Below, piece after piece: positions 1 to 8,400 of a stretch of 64,000 bases of DNA. The notes beneath the pieces were generated by a model. That model worked only from the letters and a program-made list of their open reading frames with translations. It did not search any database and had not been told where the DNA came from. This DNA is from Myxococcota bacterium (GTDB taxonomy: Bacteria > Myxococcota_A > UBA9160 > UBA4427), in assembly GCA_965250285.1 (NCBI GenBank), contig OZ252299.1, positions 3,936,001-4,000,000 of the forward strand, read 5' to 3'. A program made the position numbers and the translations under genes. Position 1 is the stretch's first letter. Every line of letters begins with the position of its first letter.

Positions 1-313
1 CGAACGCGAGCGAGTCACCGATGACCACGATGCGCTCTGACCCAGGAACGCGCGCGAGGTCGACCTCCGGACCGCGATGGCCCGCTGCGTTGATCTCGTA
101 GGTCGTATCACCCGAGACGGTGAGCGTGGTGGTGGCCCCGGGGCGGGGCCCGTAGAGCCACGGGGCACCCGGCTCGACGCGATGGAGGGCGCGCAGCCCC
201 GGGTCCCCCGACGGTCCGTCGCCCGGCAAGTTCCGCAGAACGCACTCTCCGAGCCCCAGGACGAGAACGAACGTGCAGATCATCAGCAGCCAGCGAAGCA
301 GGGTCGATTTCAC
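1..313 (-). CDS. SGNH/GDSL-type hydrolase, N-terminal part (truncated by window edge)
   Basis: Not in the ORF track. The minus-strand frame from GTG at 313 reads MKSTLLRWLLMICTFVLVLGLGECVLR...YEINAAGHRGPE...RIVVIGDSLAF: an N-terminal TM anchor followed by the GDS block-I motif. Confidence 0.75.
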   Translation of the reverse strand, partial: MKSTLLRWLLMICTFVLVLGLGECVLRNLPGDGPSGDPGLRALHRVEPGAPWLYGPRPGATTTLTVSGDTTYEINAAGHRGPEVDLARVPGSERIVVIGDSLAF

Positions 314-396
314 GGCCCGATGGTGCCCCACTCGTTGCAGCCGCGCTGGAGGCAGCGCGCAACATGCGCGCGAGCTGCCGCCCGGCACGTGCGTGC

Positions 397-426
397 TGGA
401 CACCCAGAAGCGCCGTCCCATATAAT
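397..426 (+). promoter_or_regulatory. sigma70-type promoter upstream of the spermidine-synthase-like gene
   Basis: TGGACA (397-402), an 18-nt spacer and a perfect TATAAT (421-426), 52 nt before ATG 478. TATAAT is rare in DNA this GC-rich. Confidence 0.6.
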
Positions 427-477
427 CGCGGGCCCGCAGCGCGTGGATTCGAAGCGCGTGGAGACTCGCCCGCATCG

Positions 478-2931
478 ATGGCCCAGCTGCTGATCCTCTT
501 CTTTCTCTTCTTCGCCTCGGGCGTCGCGGCGCTCACGTATGAAGTGGTCTGGATCCGTCTGCTCTCGCTGACGCTCTCGATCACGGTGTACTCGCTGTCG
601 ACCGTGCTGTGCGCCTTCATGGCGGGCCTCGGGCTGGGTGCCCTCATCGGCTCGGTCGTGGCCGACCGCCTGCGCAAGCCCCTGATCACCTTCGGCGTGG
701 CCGAGCTCGGCATCGCCTTCTGCGGTCTCGTCGTGCCGACGATCCTGTCGTCGCTGGGCCCGGCGTACGTGTGGATCCACGACTTCTTTGGCGGCGAAGG
801 CGTCCTCTTTGGCGCTTCGCGTTTCGTGCTCGCATTCTCGGTCCTGCTCGTCCCGAGCACGCTCATGGGCATCACGCTGCCCCTGCTGTCGCGCGCCGTG
901 ATCGACCACGACGAGGTCGTCGGCCAGCGCGCCGGCGCCCTCTACGCGTCGAACACCCTCGGCGCGGTGCTCGGCTGCATCGGCGCCGGCTTCGTGCTGA
1001 TCCCCGAGCTCGGGCTGCAGACCACCAGCCTCTTCGCCGCGATCCTGAACGTCGCCGTCGGCGTCGGAGCGTTGGCGCTGGCCGGCCGATTCACCGTCGA
1101 GCCCCGACCGGCGCCGGCCGACAGCGCCCCGCGTGCTCCGGTCGCACGCGGCGTGCAGATCGCCGCCCTCGCCTACGGCATCTCGGGCTTCACGGCGATG
1201 GGCTACGAGGTGCTCTGGACGCGCGCGCTCGAGCACTACACGCACAACTCGACCTACGCCTACACCGCGATGCTCGGCACCTTCCTCGCCGGTCTGGCCG
1301 TCGGCAGCGCCGCCGCCAGCCGACTCGCCGACCGCATCGAGCGGCCGATGCGCGCGATCGCGGTCGCCCAGCTGGGCGTGGCCGTCGCCGTCATCCTCTC
1401 GCTGCGCATCTACATGCACTTCGAGTCGATCGTGCCCGCCATCGCCGATCTGCTCGGCGGCCTGACGGGCTGGCGCCAGGTCGTGATGCTCATGTTCGGC
1501 GAGGCGTGGCTCTCGATGGGTCTGATGACGCTGCTCCTCGGCGCCATGTTCCCGCTGACCGTTCGGCTCGCCGTCGACTCGCTCGACTCGGTCGGCCAAC
1601 GGGTCGGCCTGGTCTACATCGCCAATACGACCGGCTCGATCATCGGCTCACTCACGGCGGGCTTCGTGCTGCTGCCGACGATCGGGATGCACGGTGCCTT
1701 CTCGCTGCTGATCTTCGTGAATCTGGCGACCGCCGCCTTGCTTGCGCTCGGCTCGAGCGAGCGGGGGCGCTCGGTGCCGGTCGCTGTCACGGCGGGCGTC
1801 TTCGCCGTCGTGGCGTTTGTGGCGCTGCCCTCCGACCTCTTCGAACAGCAGTACGTTGCCCGCTTCGGCGACCTCGTCTTCTACCGAGAAGAGGTGACCG
1901 ACACGGTCATGGTGACCGAGGACGAACAGGGCGAGCGGGTCATCCGCTACTCGGACGGGCGGGGGACGGCCGGCACCGGCACGTTCATCGGTGACCGCAT
2001 GTACGGACACATGCCGTTGCTGCTGCATCCCGAACCGCGCAACGTGCTGCAGATCTGTTTCGGCGTCGGCAACTCGCTCTCGTCGGTCTTGCAGCATCCG
2101 GTCGAGCACGTCGACGCGGTCGAGCTGTCGCCAGGGGTGCTGGCCGCGGCGCCCTACTTCACGAAGACCAATCGAGACTCGATGAACGACCCCCGCGTCT
2201 CGATGATCATCAACGACGGGCGCAACTTCCTGCTCACGAGCCGGGATCAATACGACGTGATCCGCCTCGATCCGCCCGAGCTCCACACGCGCGGCGTCGT
2301 CAACCTCTATACGAAGGAGTTCTACGAGCTCGCCCGCGATCGCCTCGCACCCGGCGGCATCTTCAGCATCTGGATCAACATCGTGATGACGCCCGAAGAA
2401 GAGATCAAGATGCTGCTCCGCACCATGCGCGAGGTCTTCCCCAACGTGTCGGTCTGGCACGATCCCGGGCTGTACTCGTGGATCATCAACGGCAGCATGG
2501 AGCCCCACGGCCCGGATCTCGCCCTGCTCGCCGAGAAGTACGACGACGAGCGCGTCCGCAGCGACCTCGAGTCGATCGACGTCGGCGACGAGTATCGCTT
2601 CCTGCAGCACTTCGTCTTCGCCGGTGATGAGCTCGACGCCTGGGCCGGCGAGGGGCCCCTCGTCGTCGACGATCACACGCGGCTCGACTTCTCGGTGCCG
2701 CGTTCGCAAGACGCCTTCTTCGGCATGGCGAACTTCAACACCGACTACTACCTGCTTCGTTTCATGCTCGAGGGCGGCAGCGACGACATCGGCAATGCGA
2801 GCCGCATCTTTCTCACCAAGGCCGCGAGCCTCGCCGCCGTGAAGGAGCCCGTCGTCCCCTACCTCGAGAACGCCGACGCAACCGGCCTCTCCGAGGCCGA
2901 GCTGACGACGCGCATCGGACCCGGCAGCTGA
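478..2931 (+). CDS. Fused membrane (MFS-like) / spermidine-synthase-like protein
   Basis: About 13 TM segments with the duplicated motifs SG..AL.YEVVW.R and G.LY.ANT.G, then a C-terminal SAM-fold domain (HPEPRNVLQICFGVGNS, VDAVELS, NDGRNFL, YDVIRLDPP, LYTKEFY). Start moved to ATG 478. Confidence 0.85.
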   Translation: MAQLLILFFLFFASGVAALTYEVVWIRLLSLTLSITVYSLSTVLCAFMAGLGLGALIGSVVADRLRKPLITFGVAELGIAFCGLVVPTILSSLGPAYVWIHDFFGGEGVLFGASRFVLAFSVLLVPSTLMGITLPLLSRAVIDHDEVVGQRAGALYASNTLGAVLGCIGAGFVLIPELGLQTTSLFAAILNVAVGVGALALAGRFTVEPRPAPADSAPRAPVARGVQIAALAYGISGFTAMGYEVLWTRALEHYTHNSTYAYTAMLGTFLAGLAVGSAAASRLADRIERPMRAIAVAQLGVAVAVILSLRIYMHFESIVPAIADLLGGLTGWRQVVMLMFGEAWLSMGLMTLLLGAMFPLTVRLAVDSLDSVGQRVGLVYIANTTGSIIGSLTAGFVLLPTIGMHGAFSLLIFVNLATAALLALGSSERGRSVPVAVTAGVFAVVAFVALPSDLFEQQYVARFGDLVFYREEVTDTVMVTEDEQGERVIRYSDGRGTAGTGTFIGDRMYGHMPLLLHPEPRNVLQICFGVGNSLSSVLQHPVEHVDAVELSPGVLAAAPYFTKTNRDSMNDPRVSMIINDGRNFLLTSRDQYDVIRLDPPELHTRGVVNLYTKEFYELARDRLAPGGIFSIWINIVMTPEEEIKMLLRTMREVFPNVSVWHDPGLYSWIINGSMEPHGPDLALLAEKYDDERVRSDLESIDVGDEYRFLQHFVFAGDELDAWAGEGPLVVDDHTRLDFSVPRSQDAFFGMANFNTDYYLLRFMLEGGSDDIGNASRIFLTKAASLAAVKEPVVPYLENADATGLSEAELTTRIGPGS

Positions 2932-3014
2932 CGCACACCCGCATGGCGCGTGTCGGTGCGCGCGCCCCGTGACGCGTCTGCGCGAATCGGTGATCCTCCG
3001 CTCGAGGAGCGTCC

Positions 3015-3899
3015 GTGACGACCAGCCAGCGCAGCTTCATCAGCTACATCGACCGCACCCGCGACTTCTACGCCGCGCAGGGCTACACCCAGCCCTATCA
3101 GTGGGCCCACTACGACGAGGTGCCCTTCGCGGCCCTGCCCGGGCCGCTCACCGAATGCCGCGTCACCGTGATCACGACCGCCAGCCCGCTCGGCTCACCG
3201 ACCGATCCGGGCTCGCTCCGGGCCGGGAAGGACGTCTGGTCGGGCGCCACCGATCGATCCCCCGAGCGGCTCTTCACCGATCACCTCTCGTGGGACAAGG
3301 AGTCGACGCACACGGACGACGTCGAGTCGTTCCTGCCCCTCGAAGCGCTGAGAGCGCTCGAGAGCGCCGGCCGCATCGGGGCCCTCGCACCGCGATTTCA
3401 CGGCGTCCCCACTGACTACAGCCAGCGACGCAACATCGAGATCGACGCACCCGAGATCTTGCGGCGATGCCGAGAAGATCAGGTCGACGTCGCCTTGCTC
3501 GTCCCCCTCTGACCCGTCTGTCACCAGACCGTGAGTCTGGTCTCGAGGCACCTCGAAACGGCGGGGATCCCGACGGTGGTGATCGGCTCGGCCCGCGACA
3601 TCGTCGAAGAGTGCGGGGTGGCGCGCTTTCTCTTCAGCGACTTCCCGCTCGGCAACCCGTGCGGCGCGCCGTGGGATCGCGCCATGCAGCACGCGATCGC
3701 CGGCCAGGCCCTCGATCTGCTCGAATCGGCCACGCTGCCGCGCACGACGGTCCAGACACCGTTCAGATGGAGCGGCGATGCCCGCTGGAGAGAGCGGTAC
3801 GCGCGAGTCGACCCCGAAGAGGCCGCGCGCCTCGAGCGCGCTGGCGCAGCGCGTCGCGCCGCCCAGGCGCGCGCCAAGGCCGACGGCGGATCGGCCTGA
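3015..3899 (+). CDS. PrdB/GrdB-like (glycine/betaine/sarcosine/D-proline reductase B family) selenoprotein; UGA at 3510-3512 read as selenocysteine
   Basis: ORFs 3015-3512 and 3531-3899 are in the same frame, separated only by TGA-CCC-GTC-TGT-CAC-CAG-ACC. Joined, they give VDVALLVPL-U-PVCHQTVSLVSRHLETAGIPTV...FPLGNPCG, a UxxC motif in the PrdB-type context. RBS GAGGAG precedes GTG 3015. Confidence 0.85.
3513..3545 (+). promoter_or_regulatory. Putative bacterial SECIS element
   Basis: Perfect 7-bp stem ACCAGAC (3523-3529) / GTCTGGT (3535-3541) with a G-containing 5-nt loop CGTGA beginning about 18 nt after the UGA, matching bacterial SECIS geometry. Confidence 0.65.
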
Positions 3900-3919
3900 G
3901 ACGACGGCCGCTCAGGCCG
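3892..3919. terminator. Inverted repeat between convergent genes (possible bidirectional terminator)
   Basis: CGGCCTGAG (3892-3900) / CTCAGGCCG (3911-3919) spans both stop codons. There is no U-tract. Confidence 0.35.
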
Positions 3920-4868
3920 GGACGCGATCGACGGCCGCCGCGAAGTGCGCACGCAGCCAGGCGTTCGCCTCTCGAGCGGGTGTCGTGTTTTCGTCGAGCA
4001 GATCGAAGCCGTGGTAGCAGCCCTCGAAGACCCGACACTCGACGGGCACGCCCGCAGCGCGCAGCGCTTCGACGTAGGCGAGCGTCTCGTCGAGGAAGGG
4101 GTCGAGATCGCCGACGAACGTCGCGGTCGGCGGCAGTCCCGCATAGTCGCTCTCGCGTGCGACTGCAGCGTACTTCGGCACTTCGTCGCCTGAGAGCCCC
4201 CCGAGATAGAGCCCCCACGCGACGCGGTTGTGCTTGACCGACCAGACCGGCGCGTCGTTGTCACGCATCGAGTCACTCGTCATGCGGTCGTCGATCATCG
4301 GGTAGAGCGGCAGCTGGTAGGCGATGCGCACATCGCCGCGATCGCGGGCCATCAAGGTCACCGAGGCCGTCAGACCGCCGCCGGCGCTCCCCCCGATCAC
4401 GATCAGCTGGTCTTCGCGAATGCCGAGCTCGGCGGCGTTCTTCTTCATCCACAGGAGCGTGCCGTAGCAGTCGTGCAGCGCGGCCGGGTACGGCACGTCG
4501 ACCGACTTGCGATAGTCGGGCGCCACGATCACACAGTCGCGCTCGTCGAGCAGCGTCTGAAAGCTCGAGCCGAACATCTCGGGGTTGCCCATCGCGAAGC
4601 CCCCGCCGTGCAGAAAGAGCACGCCGGGCAACGGACCGTCGCTCGACGGCGCTTTCGGCCGAAAGATGCGCACGCGCACCGACACCCCTTCGTCGAGCGA
4701 CTCGACCGTGCGCTCGTCGCCGTCGAGGCCGGGCACGTCTTCACCGTCGCTGCGGCGACCCATGCGGCGGGCCAAGCGAAAGAACCACGCGCTCGGTCTG
4801 AAGAGCAGCTTCGCGAACGTGCCTGCTCGGCGAAGCTCGGGGTGGATCATGTCGCGTGTCACTCGCAT
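3912..4868 (-). CDS. Alpha/beta hydrolase, HSL/lipase family IV esterase
   Basis: HGGG oxyanion motif, GGSAGG nucleophile elbow, D-P-F-L-D-E and HGF catalytic motifs. Confidence 0.9.
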   Translation of the reverse strand: MRVTRDMIHPELRRAGTFAKLLFRPSAWFFRLARRMGRRSDGEDVPGLDGDERTVESLDEGVSVRVRIFRPKAPSSDGPLPGVLFLHGGGFAMGNPEMFGSSFQTLLDERDCVIVAPDYRKSVDVPYPAALHDCYGTLLWMKKNAAELGIREDQLIVIGGSAGGGLTASVTLMARDRGDVRIAYQLPLYPMIDDRMTSDSMRDNDAPVWSVKHNRVAWGLYLGGLSGDEVPKYAAVARESDYAGLPPTATFVGDLDPFLDETLAYVEALRAAGVPVECRVFEGCYHGFDLLDENTTPAREANAWLRAHFAAAVDRVPA

Positions 4869-4948
4869 GTCTTCCTCCAGGTCGACCTACCGATGATGCC
4901 AGCCCCGCCTGCAGGCGCCAGGCTCGGCTCCGGCCGCGAGCGCCGCGG

Positions 4949-5446
4949 TCAAGCGCCCGGCGCCGGGGCACTCCGAACGATGCGAAAGACCCGAATGTTG
5001 CGGTCCGTGCGGCGCTCGTACACGCGCATCTGCGGGATCGTCTCGCAGATCGCCGGCCAGAGACGCTCCTTCTCGGCGTCGCCGAGCACCCGGGCCGTGG
5101 CGCGGTAGCGCTCCCCCCGCACCTGGATCTCGACCTCGGGGTTCGCCTCGATGTTGTAGCGCCAGGCGGGATGCCGCTCCTGGCCCATCGCGCTCGCCAC
5201 GACGAGCGGATCGCCCTGCTCGACGTGATACGCGAGCTGCACGGTGCGGGGCCGGCCCGAGCTGCGACCGATCGCCGTCATGGCGAGCATGGGCAGCGTC
5301 GGCACGAGCGTCGACGTATAGCGACCGTTCGTCGCGCGGAAGATCCAGGGATCGACCTTCGAGCTCACGGTCTTCACGAGCCACGACCCGAAGGCCGTGG
5401 CCGAGAGCCCGTTGACGAATCGGGCGTAGCGGGAGGGGCGCGTCAT
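4949..5446 (-). CDS. Deazaflavin (F420H2)-dependent nitroreductase/quinone reductase family protein (Ddn-like)
   Basis: Motifs GRSSGRPR, VVASAMG, HPAWRYNIEANP and YERRTDRNIRVF. Its ATG (5446) overlaps the TGA of the giant gene (ATGA). Confidence 0.85.
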   Translation of the reverse strand: MTRPSRYARFVNGLSATAFGSWLVKTVSSKVDPWIFRATNGRYTSTLVPTLPMLAMTAIGRSSGRPRTVQLAYHVEQGDPLVVASAMGQERHPAWRYNIEANPEVEIQVRGERYRATARVLGDAEKERLWPAICETIPQMRVYERRTDRNIRVFRIVRSAPAPGA

Positions 5447-8400
5447 CGCTTCGCCGGTCGCTCCCGCCTCCCGATCAGCCCGACGCCCACGAGCATCAGC
5501 ATGACCGCTGCGATCCACTGCCCGACCGGGCCCGCCACGGGCACCGCGTGGGCGCACGCGCCGGGGTTCGGCACGCAGTCGTTGCCGTCGGCCGGATCGA
5601 ACTGATCCATCACCCCGTCGAAGTCGGCATCGGCCACCGACGACTCGAGATAGTCGGGCGTGCCGTCGCCATCGGTGTCGGCCAGCTCGGTCTCTTCGAA
5701 GTCGGTCGCGCCGTCGCCGTCGCTGTCGTACGAGCAGACCGAGACGAAGACCTCGGGCAGGCATCCGTCGTCGTTGGCCGGATCGCTCTGGTCGACCGTG
5801 CCGTCGCCATCGGCGTCGGCGATCGACGACTCGAGGTAGTCGGGATCGCCGTCTCCATCGGCGTCGGCCGTCTCGCCCTCGGCGAAGTCGGTCGCACCGT
5901 CGCCGTCGCTGTCCTGCGTGCACTCGGCGATGAAGACCTCGGGCACGCACGTGTCGGCGTCGGCCGGATCACTCTGGTCGACCGTGCCGTCTGCATCGGC
6001 GTCGGCGATCGACGATTCGAGATAGTCCGGGGTGCCATCGCCGTCGGTGTCGGTCGTCTCGCCTTCGGCGAAGTCGGTCGCCCCGTCGCCGTCCGTATCC
6101 TGGGTGCAGGCTGCTACGAAGGCTGCGGGCACACACGCGTCGTCGTTGGCGGGATCGGTCTGGTCATCGACGCCGTCGGCGTCGGCATCGGCGAGAATCG
6201 ACTCGAGATAGTCGGGCGTCCCGTCGCCATCCGCGTCGGCCAGCTCGCCCTCGAAGAAGTCGGTCAGCCCGTCGCCGTCCGAATCCTGACCGCAAGCCGC
6301 CACGAACACCTGCGGGACGCAGGTGTCGACATCGTCGGCGTCGGTCTGATCGGGCGTGCCGTCGCTGTCGGCGTCGGCGACCGACGACTCGAGATAGTCG
6401 GGCGTGCCGTCGCCATCGGCATCGGCGAGCTCGCCCTCGGCGAAGTCGGTCGCCCCGTCGCCGTCGCTGTCCTGCGCACACGCGGCGATGAACACCTGCG
6501 GCACGCAGGTGTCGGCGTCATCGGCATCGGCCTGATCGGCGGTGCCGTCGCTGTCGGCGTCTGCGAGCGACGACTCGAGATAGTCGGGCGTGCCGTCGCC
6601 ATCGGCGTCGGCGAGCTCGCCCTCGGCGAAGTCGCTGACGCCGTCGCCGTCGGTGTCCTGAGCGCACGCGGCCACGAAGACCTGCGGCGCGCACGCGTCG
6701 CCGTCCGCTGCATCGGCCTGATCCGGCGTGCCGTCACTGTCGGCGTCGGCGAGCGACGATTCGAGGTAGTCGGGCGTGCCGTCGCCGTCGCTGTCCGTCA
6801 GCTCGCCTTCGGCGAAGTCGGTGGCGCCGTCGCCATCGCTGTCCTGGGCGCACGCCGCCACGAACACCTGCGGTGCGCACGCGTCGGCGTCGGCTGCGTC
6901 CGCCTGATCGGGTGTGCCGTCATTGTCGGCGTCGGCCAGCGACGACTCGAGATAGTCGGGGGTGCCGTCGCCGTCGGTGTCGGTGAGCTCGCCTTCGGCG
7001 AAGTCGCTCGCCCCGTCGCCGTCGCTGTCCTGCGCACACGCGGCGATGAACACCTGCGGGACGCAGGTGTCGGCGTCATCGGCATCGACCTGATCCGCTG
7101 TGCCATCACTGTCGGCGTCGGCGACCGACGACTCGAGGTAGTCGGGCGTCCCGTCGCCGTCCGCGTCGGCGAGTTCACCCTCGGCGAAGTCGGTCGCGCC
7201 GTCGCCGTCGCTGTCCTGCGCGCAGGCGGCGATGAATACCTGCGGGATGCAGGTGTCGGCATCGTCGGCGTCCGCCTGATCGGCCGTGCCGTCGCTGTCG
7301 GCGTCGGCGACCGACGACTCGAGGTAGTCGGGGGTGCCGTCGCCGTCGCTGTCGGTCAGCTGGCCCTCGGCGAAGTCGCTCGCGCCGTCGCCGTCGCTGT
7401 CCTGCGCACACGCCGCCACGAAGACCTGGGGCACGCATGCATCGCCGTCGGCCGCGTCGGCCTGATCGGCGGTGCCGTCCGCGTCGGCATCGGCCAGCGA
7501 CGACTCGAGGTAGTCGGGGGTGCCGTCGCCGTCGCTGTCGGTGAGCTCGCCTTCGGCGAAGTCGGTCGCGCCGTCGCCGTCGCTGTCCTGGGCGCACGCC
7601 GCCACGAAGACCTGCGGTGCGCAGGCGTCGCCGTCCGCCGCATCGGCCTGATCCGGCGTGCCGTCACTGTCGGCGTCGGCCAGCGACGACTCGAGGTAGT
7701 CGGGGGTGCCGTCGCCGTCGCTGTCGGTGAGCTCACCTTCGGCGAAGTCGGTGGCGCCGTCCCCATCGGTGTCCTGCCCACAGGCCGCCACGAAGACCTC
7801 GGGCGCGCAGGCGTCGCCATCGGCCGCGTCGGCCTGATCCGGCGTGCCGTCACTGTCGGCGTCGGCCAGCGACGACTCGAGGTAGTCGGGCGTCCCGTCG
7901 CCGTCGCTGTCGGTCAGCTCGCCTTCCGCGAAGTCCGTGGCGCCGTCGCCATCGGTGTCCTGGGCGCAGGCCGCCACGAACACCTGCGGGACGCAGGTGT
8001 CGGCGTCGCCCGCGTCGGCCTGATCGGGCGTCCCGTCGCCGTCGGCATCGGCCAGCGACGACTCGAGGTAGTCGGGGGTGCCGTCGCCGTCGCTGTCGGT
8101 CAGCTGGCCCTCAGCGAAGTCGCTCACGCCGTCGCCGTCGCTGTCCTGCGCACACGCGGCCACGAACACCTGGGGCACGCACGCGTCGCCGTCGCCCGCG
8201 TCGGCCTGATCCGGCGTGCCGTCGCCGTCGGCATCGGCCAGCGCCGATTCGAGGTAGTCGGGGGTGCCGTCCCCATCGCTATCCGTGAGCTCGCCTTCGG
8301 CAAAGTCGGTGGTGCCGTCGCCGTCGCTGTCCTGCGCACAGGCCGCCACGAACACCTGCGGTGCGCAGGCATCGCCGTCGGCCGCGTCGGTCTGATCCGG

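Noticed and set aside
3510..3512. TGA as a nonsense mutation (pseudogene) or as the boundary of two separate genes
   Set aside because: The stop falls exactly at the family's Sec/Cys position (UxxCH) and is followed by a SECIS-like hairpin. No clear RBS precedes 3531.
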